Positions 1 to 10,100 of a DNA stretch of 57,259 nucleotides are shown piece after piece. A program made the position numbers and the translations under genes. The stretch's first letter is position 1. Every line of letters starts with the position of its first letter. This stretch comes from Methanobacteriota archaeon. Its GTDB lineage: Archaea; Thermoplasmatota; Poseidoniia; Poseidoniales; Thalassarchaeaceae. The DNA is taken from NCBI GenBank assembly GCA_002725475.1, contig PBPH01000051.1:1-57259 (forward strand), read 5' to 3'. Under the pieces are notes generated by a model, which made no database searches, had not been told where the DNA came from, and was given only the letters and a program-made list of their open reading frames with translations.

Positions 1-894
1 ACCTCGATCTTGGTTATGTGGCTCATCCGGTATTTCTATGATGCCAGCCCAATCATCTGAAACAAGCAACATTTCACCATCATTGAGTAGAACTCCTCTC
101 AAGAAATCTTTTCCAAGGAACTGTTCCGGAAGTTTGTATGTCCATGAGTGATTGGGAATATTCGGGTGGAAAGGATCAATTTTTTGAAGCAGAGTATCAA
201 TAATTTCCCAATCATATTCACTGGTAGAAAAACCCGCATTACAATGTACATCGTAAGTTGAAATGACGCTACCATCATTTTTATCCAATTTCACCCAACG
301 AGATTGATCACAAAATATGTAAGAATCAATATTATCAACAATCGTAATAGGGTGTGCAGAGAATGATTGATTTCCCATATCTAGAGGCCACGACCAAATT
401 TGATTTGCTTGTATGCCACTTTCAATTCCACTTGCCTCACTATATTTTATCAGGTGCGTCTGGTTATCAACAATGAAACCACTAGAATCCAAGTCTGTAA
501 AGTGGAAATCATGGTTGAAATGTTCTTCAGTTCTGAATTCTACAGTGGGTTGGGGGGTGTCAAGGGCGTAGGATGATAGTGGAATTAGGCAATAAGATAG
601 AGAAATCCATAGGATAATTAGGACCGCCCACTTGATTATCACCTGTAATCCACGTTTAGCAAGCCAAATTATCACACCAGTGAAAATTAGAATGAGAATA
701 AATTCTAATCCAATCAATCCAACTTTTGTTGTACCTGCCTCCCCAAAAGCCCTAGATTCTGGGCGATCCCAAAATGGTTGAATGTAAATAGCGAGCAATA
801 TTGTGCCAACAAACATGGCTGCCATACTCCCCATCGAACGCCATTGTCCGACCATCGCATCTTTGAGCAGAGCCATTCGACCTTCGCCGGTCAT
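1..894 (-). CDS. Membrane protein of unknown function; N-terminal 298 codons only (3' end lies beyond the left window edge)
   Basis: Hand translation of the reverse strand from the ATG at 894-892 gives an uninterrupted frame down to position 1 (MTGEGRMALLKDAMVGQWRSMGSMAAMFVGTILLAIYIQPFW...). It has several hydrophobic helices followed by a soluble region. No competing ORF is listed for 1-960. Confidence 0.5.
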   Translation of the reverse strand, partial: MTGEGRMALLKDAMVGQWRSMGSMAAMFVGTILLAIYIQPFWDRPESRAFGEAGTTKVGLIGLEFILILIFTGVIIWLAKRGLQVIIKWAVLIILWISLSYCLIPLSSYALDTPQPTVEFRTEEHFNHDFHFTDLDSSGFIVDNQTHLIKYSEASGIESGIQANQIWSWPLDMGNQSFSAHPITIVDNIDSYIFCDQSRWVKLDKNDGSVISTYDVHCNAGFSTSEYDWEIIDTLLQKIDPFHPNIPNHSWTYKLPEQFLGKDFLRGVLLNDGEMLLVSDDWAGIIEIPDEPHNQDRG

Positions 895-960
895 ACATGG
901 CGCGAGCCGTAAAACCCATTTGAAAGAGAGGGTCCCAAGAGACAGTTAGAGGGGCTATCA

Positions 961-2325
961 GTGAGCGAAATTAGAGATTGGCTTGAAGGATTACGGAGTT
1001 TGGGAATGCGCCCAGGCTTGGAAGTAACCTCAATTCTTCTTTCTAGATTGGGCATGCCTCATATGAAATTCCCTTGCATACATGTTGCAGGAAGTAACGG
1101 TAAAGGTTCCCTATGTGTAATTTTGTCAAATTCCTTTACCCTATCAGGAATTAGCTGTGGTTTATTCACTTCACCACATCTTTGTTTTGTTGAGGAAAGA
1201 GTTCGAATAGATGGAGTTCCAATTTCATCAGATGATTTTGATAAGGTGTTATTCAAAGTTAAAGAAGCTGCTGAAATGGAGCCAGTTACCCTACCTTCCT
1301 ACTATGAGGCAACATTTCTGGCAGCAATGGTCGCTTTTGCAGATGCTGGAATTGATAGAGCAGTCATTGAAACTGGCTTAGGGGGCAGATTGGATGCAAC
1401 TCGTTTATGTCTTGCAGATTGTTGTGTTTTGACTGAAATTGCTCTGGAGCACACTGATGTTCTGGGTGAAACTTTGGGAGAAATAGCAGCAGAAAAGGCA
1501 GCCATTGCACGCCCAACGGGTCTTTTCATTGCAAGATGGAACTACGATGCATCTGTAAGAAAGGCCATTGAAGATGCAGTACATAGACCCACACATGCTT
1601 GTTGGTGGAGGTATGATCGAGCAATGACTGTGCCATTTACTAAAGCCGATGAGAGTCATCGCCCAGTTCCTGATATCGAAGGATTCGATGGTTGGTCATC
1701 CTTTCAACAGGATGCTGCTAGATTAGCTGAAATAACGCTTAGATACTTTTCATCACCTTTGACAAATGTTGAACCTAAAGAAATGGTTTCTAGTGCAGTA
1801 ATGCATACCGTATGGCCTGGAAGAATGCAGTGGTTAGAATATGAAGGTGTGCCAATACTTCTTGATGCAGCACACAACCCATCTGGAATGGAGAAAGTCT
1901 GCGAACAATTGAGAGTTCAGATGGAAAATGACATTCATCCAACTCCTGGAATAATAATTATTGGTAGCACTCCACAAAATGATATTGTAGAATTTCTAAA
2001 TCCACTAATTGAATTAATCGTAGAAGGTGAGGTGGAACATATCATAGTTACAGAACCTCAAAAGGGACGTAGGGATGCAATACCTTCAGCAGAAATTGTG
2101 TTAGAATTACAAGCGCAGGGTGTCCTATCAAAAATTGAGCAACATCCATTACCAGAAGATGCACTCACTAGAGCCTTGGAGATTGCTAAAAGTGACCCAT
2201 CTCAACCCATATTGGCGTTTGGTAGTCTATATCTTGTAGGTAATTTACTTGAAGTGATGGGTTTGAATGATGTTGAGTCTATGACAGTCTTGCGCCCAGC
2301 CCCAGAAAAAAAATACTGGACTTGA
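961..2325 (+). CDS. folC: Folylpolyglutamate synthase / dihydrofolate synthase (Mur-ligase family)
   Basis: 454 aa with the P-loop HVAGSNGKGS and the FTSPHL and DAAHNP motifs typical of FolC. GTG start with GAGGGG about 5 nt upstream. Confidence 0.85.
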   Translation: MSEIRDWLEGLRSLGMRPGLEVTSILLSRLGMPHMKFPCIHVAGSNGKGSLCVILSNSFTLSGISCGLFTSPHLCFVEERVRIDGVPISSDDFDKVLFKVKEAAEMEPVTLPSYYEATFLAAMVAFADAGIDRAVIETGLGGRLDATRLCLADCCVLTEIALEHTDVLGETLGEIAAEKAAIARPTGLFIARWNYDASVRKAIEDAVHRPTHACWWRYDRAMTVPFTKADESHRPVPDIEGFDGWSSFQQDAARLAEITLRYFSSPLTNVEPKEMVSSAVMHTVWPGRMQWLEYEGVPILLDAAHNPSGMEKVCEQLRVQMENDIHPTPGIIIIGSTPQNDIVEFLNPLIELIVEGEVEHIIVTEPQKGRRDAIPSAEIVLELQAQGVLSKIEQHPLPEDALTRALEIAKSDPSQPILAFGSLYLVGNLLEVMGLNDVESMTVLRPAPEKKYWT

Positions 2326-2357
2326 CGACACCATGATATGTTAGCCCCGACACGCTA

Positions 2358-2861
2358 ATGATATTGGTGGTCACGGTGAAGGAGAAGCATCTAAGAATCC
2401 GCATTGAACAGTGCCTTGCTCTTGCCAAGGCTAGTAACTGCCCTAGAGCAAAATTTGGCTCATTATTAGTTGATCCTGAACGTAATGTAATTCTAATGGA
2501 TGGATACAATGGTGGCCCTAGGGGTGGCGGAGATTTGTGTGGCGGAGACGTTTGTTTGAGAGATTCTGAGCAAGTAATTTCTGGAACACGCGTTGAGGTG
2601 GGTTGCCATCATGCAGAAATGAACGTAATTTGTAATGCAGCTGCAAATGGGGTACCCACAAAAGGAGCATGGATGATTGTCACTGGCGAGCCATGTATGA
2701 TGTGCTCCAAGTTAATCCATCATTCAGGTGTGTCAAAAGTAATTGTTGTAGATGGTGGATTTGGTGGTGCAAATGGTGTAGACTACCTTGAATCTCATGG
2801 TGTGATGGTTCAAACAACTGAAGGGCCCAAAGATCCACGCGGTGATTTGAAGGAAGCATAG
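2358..2861 (+). CDS. dCMP deaminase (cytidine/deoxycytidylate deaminase zinc-binding family)
   Basis: 167 aa with the zinc motifs HAEMN (H-A-E) and PCMMC (PCxxC). Confidence 0.85.
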   Translation: MILVVTVKEKHLRIRIEQCLALAKASNCPRAKFGSLLVDPERNVILMDGYNGGPRGGGDLCGGDVCLRDSEQVISGTRVEVGCHHAEMNVICNAAANGVPTKGAWMIVTGEPCMMCSKLIHHSGVSKVIVVDGGFGGANGVDYLESHGVMVQTTEGPKDPRGDLKEA

Positions 2862-2904
2862 TATGTCTTGATGAAAATATCGGAAAACAATTTGAGGCTT
2901 CGTA

Positions 2905-3381
2905 ATGGAATTACATGAATTACAAAACAAAGACATCCCATCCATTTGGCTAATTAATCAAGAAGGGCTACCGGGAACAGGGGAAATATCTGAAAAAGAA
3001 ATTGCAGATTTACTCTCCATATCTGAACTTGCACTAGGGGCTTATGAAGAAAATGAATTAGTTGGATTTGTTCTCTGCCTTCCACCTAAGAAAAGATATG
3101 GAAGTCTAAACTATGCTTGGTTCAATAAAAGGTACGAAGATTTCCTCTATGTTGACAGAATAGCCGTATCTGAAAATCACCGAAACTGTAAAATTGGAAC
3201 TAAATTATACAAAGAGGTAATCTCTCATGCTGAAAAAAATAACTGTCCTATTGCAGCTGAAGTTAGTTTGAAACCACCAAATCCTGACTCATTGAGATTT
3301 CATGAAAGAAATGGTTTCAATGAAATTGGGATACTTCATCACGAAAGTAAATCTGTGACTATGATGATGCGATTATCTTGA
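2905..3381 (+). CDS. GNAT-family N-acetyltransferase
   Basis: 158 aa with a motif-A-like segment VDRIAVSENHRNCKIGTKLY and typical GNAT size. Confidence 0.7.
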   Translation: MELHELQNKDIPSIWLINQEGLPGTGEISEKEIADLLSISELALGAYEENELVGFVLCLPPKKRYGSLNYAWFNKRYEDFLYVDRIAVSENHRNCKIGTKLYKEVISHAEKNNCPIAAEVSLKPPNPDSLRFHERNGFNEIGILHHESKSVTMMMRLS

Positions 3382-3439
3382 ATCAATTCAAAGATTAGAT
3401 ACTAAATCTCTAAGACCTTACTGAAAAAGATAGGGTCAA

Positions 3440-3988
3440 TCAAGAATGTTCTTCCATAAAAGCATCTAGTTGTTTGTATAAATCATTCACGTTGCCGTTA
3501 TTGTGAATTACCACATCAGCCATCTTCCCAGTTGCGATTAATGCTTGCCCACTTTCATCATGAGCTACAAGTTCTGATTCTTCTTGTAGAGTAAATTGCT
3601 CGAATGTCTCTGCATCACCAGTGCGGCCTCGCTCAACCAATCGTTCCCATCGGAGTTCCCTCGGCGCCCTGATTTCCAATAATATGAAATCTTCTCTTTT
3701 CCGAAGTGCCTCTACTTCTGCAGGAGTTCGAATACTATCCACTGCATGGTTAGTTCCTTCTTCAATTAAATCAAGCAACATTTCTGCTAGAACTCCTGGC
3801 CCCCCCATTGCTCTGAGTTTTCTACCTCCATCGATTAGGTTGTCTCTAGTAATTTCACGTTGGTTTGAGCGTAACCAGTGGCGAATAGAATCTGAACAGG
3901 AATTAACGCCAAACCCTTTCGACTCAAACCACTCGATTACTGTAGTCTTGCCTGAGGCATTTCTACCGGTTAATCCCACCAACATCAA
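3440..3988 (-). CDS. P-loop nucleotide kinase, CoaE/dephospho-CoA-kinase-like
   Basis: 182 aa. The N-terminal VGLTGRNASGKTT Walker A sits in the xGLTGxxxSGKT context seen in CoaE-like kinases. Substrate not determinable from sequence. Confidence 0.55.
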   Translation of the reverse strand: MMLVGLTGRNASGKTTVIEWFESKGFGVNSCSDSIRHWLRSNQREITRDNLIDGGRKLRAMGGPGVLAEMLLDLIEEGTNHAVDSIRTPAEVEALRKREDFILLEIRAPRELRWERLVERGRTGDAETFEQFTLQEESELVAHDESGQALIATGKMADVVIHNNGNVNDLYKQLDAFMEEHS

Positions 3989-4031
3989 CTAAGGGAAGAG
4001 TAGTTGGTTCAAAGAAATGCCTATGGTAATT

Positions 4032-7000
4032 TTAACCCCAAAATCGCCTAGTTCTGGCATAATTTAGTTCTGCATCATGTATTAATCGCATCATTAATTC
4101 CCGTTCTCCTTTTGGTACCTTTCTCAAGATTCTGGTAGCAGTGTCTTCTCCTACCCCTCGAGCCATTAGACAAATGAGGGCTTCAATTCCTCTTTGTCGA
4201 ACAAGTTGGGCGTTACGCTCCATTCTTGATTGTACAGCATTATCTTCAGATGCTACCCATTCACTAAGACGATCTTCTAATCCTTCCCTCGCAACTGCTA
4301 ACATTGTACCACCACATTCACAGTGATGGTGCTTAATTCCATACATGGCTACACGTGTTCTCATACGGGAGTTACAAGCAAGGCAAATTAGAACAGCTCT
4401 TTCATTCATCAATCTTTCTTCTAACCTTAGTTTCACTTCGGCATCAGACCAATTAGGTAGTAACAAGTCACGCTCACTTTTTGGTGAAATTCCAAGCGCT
4501 CCGGATGCGGTTTGTTCAATTCTAACCGCCCCGGCTTGGATTGCTTCAAGTAGAGAGATAGTGCCATCAACATCCATTCTATCGTGGAACAATTTGTCCA
4601 ATGCTTCATCTAGAACTACGGTTCCACGATATCTATTGATAATTCCTTGCAAGTTTACCCTGCGAGGATCAATTCCTCGGTGTAATATCCCAAAGGTTTT
4701 GCATACCTGTACCAATCTTGCTCTCAGTTGCCTACCGTTTGGTATTGTCATCCACATTACGTCGCGCAAAGCTTCAGGTGGGGTTTCAGTGATCCACTTT
4801 ACTATTCCATCCGCTGTCAGAGCTGGAACTTGAAGGGTAATTCTGTATGGGTCAACTATTACTCGACCACTCTTTCCATCGATTGTAGATGCCATCGCCT
4901 GAAGAAAATGAGCCAAAGTAGAGTTCACTTTACTTCCATGGCAGCAATTTAGTACCAAAGCATCGCGTCTAGATTCAATAGTCAATAATCTTGCATCAGG
5001 AATTGAACCTGTAGCATCCAAGTGTTCTGCAACACTTTGGGAGAGGGCCCCCAGTGAATTCTGTGAAAGTGGATAATCTGAAACAGGTCTTTGTGTGGGT
5101 AATCTAGAAATCCAAGAGTTAACTTTTGGACCCCAATCCTCGAGTTTTTGTTCTTCAATTTTCCAACCATGTTCGTCAGCAATAGCCCTCCTTAAGTTCC
5201 CGACTTCTCTAGCAACTTCTGCGGGAACCGGTGGCAATTCACCGGCCCAAACTGGCGCTGAGCTCTGATCCGATACTGGGCTTACGAGAAGTTCGCTCTT
5301 CTCAGGATCCGCATCTACAATTTCCCAAGTCCTGCCAGCCATTACGAATCTTCGAGGCTTGCCATCTTCTTCGCCACCAGATGAATCAAGTGAAAGAACA
5401 AATGTTTCATCGACATTTCCTAGTGCTCTGCGAGTAACTGCATCTCTTACTGCATAGCGAGTTTCATCAGCGATCATACTTAGATGATTTAGCATGTAGT
5501 TTCTACTTCTTGAACCGGAACTAAACCAACCATTTTTTAGATTATTAGGAAGTGATGCACGTAGCGATTTAGACCATATTGAAATCTGTTTATCAGTTAC
5601 GTTTTCAAGTTCTTCAATCCTAGGTCTTTTGTCTGGTAAATCAGAACAATTCTGAGCGGCTTTTTCCCATAATATTGGGGGCCAAGTCAATGGGTCCGTG
5701 TCATGGGGGTTTTCTATAAGACGAACCAATCTTCTGTCATCAAGAATTCGTAAAATTTCTAGAACTTCATTGTCATCAATTTCGGTGAATAATGTTGCCC
5801 TACGAATTAGGGTTGAACCAGAATCTAGAGGAATAATTTTCTCAGAAATAGCTGTTAAAACCAATTGATTTGCTACAACTGAAAGAGGCTTTCTTCTCCA
5901 TTCAACCCCTTCCAATTCGTTTGCCATAGCTCGTCGGGCGATAACCGCGCCCTCTCCAATATCATCAGCCTCCCAACAGAGTATCATTCCACGAGATGTA
6001 CCTCCAAGAATATGTTCTGAACGCCCAACTCTTTGGAGCAATCTATCAACAGCGCGAGGAGATTGGATTTGGTGAACCTGCTTAATTGTACCAATATCAA
6101 TTCCTAATTCTAGGCTTGAGGTACAAACTAGCGCATGTAGGATGCCATCCTGTAATGCAGATTCCATTTCATGACGTGTTTCGGCAGCCAATGATCCGTG
6201 ATGAACGCCTATATTTAGATTAGAATCTAGTTTGGCTAATCTCTGAGATACTGTCTCTGCAGCATTCCTAGAATTAACAAAAATTAGACAGGGCGCACTT
6301 TCTCTTACTTTGCTAGATAGTTTGCGAAGTGCAGCCAAACCACGGGGCGATACATGTAATTCAAGTGAAAGCGCCCGATCTTCTCCTGTGGCTGGTTCTG
6401 TAACCACCTCTAGGTCTGTTGGCCTAGGTGCAGTCGCTACACACGCACTAGCAGTAGGCGAAAGTAATCGTGCCATTTCATCTGGATTACCAACTGTAGC
6501 AGATAGACCGATTCTCTGAACTCTGCGCCCACACAATTCATCAATCCTTTCTAATGCAATATTCAACTGAGCTCCTCGTTCTGATGCTGCAAGATCATGA
6601 ACTTCATCGATAACGACTGCCCTCAGGTTCCTCAAACCTTCTCTAAGCCTACTTCCAAACAGAAGTAATTGACATGTTTCAGGTGTTGTAATTAGTAAGT
6701 GAGGGGGTTTTCTTGCTTGTTTTGTCCTTTGTGATTGAGGGGTGTCCCCGTGACGAACATCTGCGTTAAGGCCAACTGCGCTACACAAGTCAGCAATCCT
6801 TCTGTCAATGTCTCTGTTCAGAGCCCTGAGGGGTGTAATGTAGAGAATGCACATAGGGTCCCAAGCTTCGGTCAAGGCATTTGATAGCAACGGCATTACC
6901 ACGGCTTCAGTTTTTCCGCTACCTGTTGGTGCGATAAGTAGCAGGTCTTCCCCAGCAAGAAGTTGCTTTTGAGAAGCAGATTGAATAGGCGTGGGGGTCC

Positions 7001-7061
7001 AACCTTTTTGTTCTGTCAAATTTTGAATTTGACTTGCTAATGCGCTGAAATCGGTTATCAC
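4032..7061 (-). CDS. lhr: Lhr-like superfamily-2 ATP-dependent helicase
   Basis: 1009 aa with helicase motifs APTGSGKTE (I), DEVH (II), LSAT (III), VCTSSLELGIDIG and QRVGRSEH (VI). A long C-terminal extension carries a Cys-rich zinc-ribbon-like segment (CLACNSR...HHHCECGG). Confidence 0.85.
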   Translation of the reverse strand: MITDFSALASQIQNLTEQKGWTPTPIQSASQKQLLAGEDLLLIAPTGSGKTEAVVMPLLSNALTEAWDPMCILYITPLRALNRDIDRRIADLCSAVGLNADVRHGDTPQSQRTKQARKPPHLLITTPETCQLLLFGSRLREGLRNLRAVVIDEVHDLAASERGAQLNIALERIDELCGRRVQRIGLSATVGNPDEMARLLSPTASACVATAPRPTDLEVVTEPATGEDRALSLELHVSPRGLAALRKLSSKVRESAPCLIFVNSRNAAETVSQRLAKLDSNLNIGVHHGSLAAETRHEMESALQDGILHALVCTSSLELGIDIGTIKQVHQIQSPRAVDRLLQRVGRSEHILGGTSRGMILCWEADDIGEGAVIARRAMANELEGVEWRRKPLSVVANQLVLTAISEKIIPLDSGSTLIRRATLFTEIDDNEVLEILRILDDRRLVRLIENPHDTDPLTWPPILWEKAAQNCSDLPDKRPRIEELENVTDKQISIWSKSLRASLPNNLKNGWFSSGSRSRNYMLNHLSMIADETRYAVRDAVTRRALGNVDETFVLSLDSSGGEEDGKPRRFVMAGRTWEIVDADPEKSELLVSPVSDQSSAPVWAGELPPVPAEVAREVGNLRRAIADEHGWKIEEQKLEDWGPKVNSWISRLPTQRPVSDYPLSQNSLGALSQSVAEHLDATGSIPDARLLTIESRRDALVLNCCHGSKVNSTLAHFLQAMASTIDGKSGRVIVDPYRITLQVPALTADGIVKWITETPPEALRDVMWMTIPNGRQLRARLVQVCKTFGILHRGIDPRRVNLQGIINRYRGTVVLDEALDKLFHDRMDVDGTISLLEAIQAGAVRIEQTASGALGISPKSERDLLLPNWSDAEVKLRLEERLMNERAVLICLACNSRMRTRVAMYGIKHHHCECGGTMLAVAREGLEDRLSEWVASEDNAVQSRMERNAQLVRQRGIEALICLMARGVGEDTATRILRKVPKGERELMMRLIHDAELNYARTRRFWG

Positions 7062-7118
7062 TTTGCCACCCCTTACAGTGAGGTGGTGGGCTTGAGTGTG
7101 AAAAGGGCGCCGGCTAAA

Positions 7119-10100
7119 TCAATAGTCGTCATCATCATCGTATTCATCATCATCATCGTATTCGTCATCAAATAGGTGGTCATCTTCAAATAATTCTGAA
7201 CGTCCAGTGATTGCGCCTTTCATACTTACGAATGCAACGATTGGAAGAACAATCATTGCGATAATTATCCCTATCACTGCCAAGAGGTTCTGGCGAGCAT
7301 TTTCCACCCACCCCATGCCCCAAGCATATTCAACAGAAATACCAACACTTGCACTGTTGTCAGTTTCATCAACTTCTATAATTTGATTATCAGCGTCTAC
7401 GATGACAACAACTCTATCAACACCTTTCTCAGCTTTCCAAGTAGCACTGATTGGGATTGCTTCGTCAGCAATTCCATTGAGTTTTTGGGTTGCAAATGGT
7501 TCTTCAGAATCGCCTGAATAGAATGAGACAGAAAATTCCGTGAAGGTTTCACCTCCAAGATTGGCAACCCATGCAGTAATTTCAATTTCAGCGCCATTAG
7601 CTACAATTTCCTTATCTGCTGATATCTTATCAATAGTTAATTGAGCACCAAGAGCACCGAATCGAATCCATTGTAACTCATTGTCTCCATTCAGATCGAC
7701 AGGTTCCCTAACGGGGTCACTCTTTGAATTACCTTCTGGAGCTAAGGGGTTTCCTGCAGAATCCCACCCTTCAATCCAAAACCCAACTTCATAGTCTTGT
7801 AGTGGTGGATTCATTCCATCACCAATCAAATCAACAGTTCCAGTCCAATTGATTGCCTGCCCATCTTGTAACATTCCAAGTAGTGAGGAACCCGAGGAAA
7901 TTTGCCTCTGGTTTTCATCTCGAATTAACCAATGAACCCATTGTGGGCTTCCGGATAGGTCAGCATCTTCCCAACCAAGGAACATCACCGGCACCTCTTG
8001 CAATGCACTTGAATTTGAAATATCAATTACATCAATTGGTGCAAGTCTTTCTAGAACTCTTGGTGGAGCATGGTCTACATGAACCTGAAGTGTCGTTGAT
8101 ACGGCATCTCTAGTCATATCCTCACCACGACCAGGAATATTTCGAACCCCTGATAGGAATGTACGTGTTTCACTTGATGCTAACGTGGGAGCCGCACCTA
8201 GAGGAACTTCGATGCTGAAACCACCATCATCTGTTAAACTTCCATCTGACCAATATTGTACCCCATCAAAAACTTCTACAGTAATGCCCACATTCTTTGG
8301 TGCAGGGACATCACTACCTTCGTAAATCACCCTGCCGGACCATCTCAGGCGATCGCTTGGAACTACTCTACTACCGTCAGATACAGGTCCCATTCGAGGC
8401 TCCTGAACATCTTCAACAGTGTATGTTTCAGCATCAAGAACCAAATCATTTTCTACTCTGAAAGTATGTTCAGTAAAAATTATTCTACGTGGTTCCGGAC
8501 TTCCCAATTGAGAGAATTCCAATGCGACATCTGATAAATCTGCATCAGGCCAATCCCAAGAAAATTGGAATCCAAATGTGACCATTATCCAGGGTAGCCC
8601 CGTTTCATTGGTAATCACTTCCGCTCCACAATTGTAATCAGAGATATCATTACAAGCAGGGCTAATCACTAGATACTCGTCATCGGTCCAAAAGGTGTTA
8701 TTTACACCGCTAAAGGAAAGTCTTTGTTGGTCACGTTCAGGATCGGGACCTTCAAAATCAAATATTAATGAGATATCTGTAAAGTCGATGAGTCCATTTG
8801 CATCAACAAGTCCTAGGGTAAGATATTGTGTAGTTCCAGCAAAAGCCCTTTCCCCATCTTCATGGCCGGCCCAATGTAGGCCAGTAAATACTGAATCCAT
8901 ATCTTTGCGTGTGCGGTATGTTACTAGGTCGTAATCAAATCCGGGCCCATCAAATCGTAATAGGGAATTTCCTGCAACATCAGTTCCCGTGATGTAATAA
9001 GAAACACGAGCCATATTTGGATTACTCGAATCATCAATATAACCAAAGAAAAGTTTGTCAATATCATCAGTTGTATTAGTCATTGTTTGATTCAAATATT
9101 CTGCAGCATCGGCCAATCCATTTCGGTTAGAGTCGTGTTCAGCTTCAACCCAGTAATGCAGAGTTAATTCTTCAGGTGAGCCAACTTCGTCTTGAATCCT
9201 TATTCGGACCATTTGTTCATCCATTCCCGCTTCATATGCATTGTCTGCAGGGCTGGCATCAACTAATATTGGACTAGAAGCATCAACGCGGATAGTTCGC
9301 TGCCATGATGAATTTACAGGTAGAACCTTGAGCGGATCTCGTGGATTATCAATTTGAACTTCATAGAAGACACCATCAGGTCTGTCAATGGTATCAACCG
9401 CAACTGGAATGAAGAATTCACCATATTGATTGGAACGGTCCTTTGCCTGAAGGAAATCACCCTCTGTTGTTCGCTTAATCACTGCGACATCGAAGGTCGA
9501 ATCAAGAGGTGCGTCTTCAGTGCCATCATACCAAACAGCACCCTGAAAATGAATGACCTCGCCAGCTTTAATCCATTCATTGTTTTCAATATCATCATGG
9601 AGGGCAGCCCCCTCGTTGTCACGAACTTTCAACCAACCAAGCCCATACGATTGATTGACTCTAATCCCAGCAGGACCAGTAGAAAGGAAGAGTGGCGTAA
9701 TTCCTTGGTCATCAGTACAGGAAACTTTGAATCCAACATTATTTTGCTCAACAAAATGTGATGTTACTTTGAATGCCCATTGAATCTCCATAATTCCATT
9801 ACTATTGTTTGATGTAGTTAGAGATGCATCAGGAATAATCCAATCTTCAGGATCATTATCCAATACGGTACCATCACTATTCCACGTGAGGCTCGGAGCA
9901 TCATTTGATGGGGATGCGATGAAATCAAGGGTGGCGCTGGTTATTGAATTAGCATTCTCTCCTATCACATGTCTAGTGATTACTTTGTAGGAATCTATGG
10001 TTTCGTGCAATACCATATCCTCATCCCAACTGATGTTAAGGTTGACTGTTTGCATTGTGTATGTGATTTGGAAATTGTTAATGTCAAGCTTACCGGCATT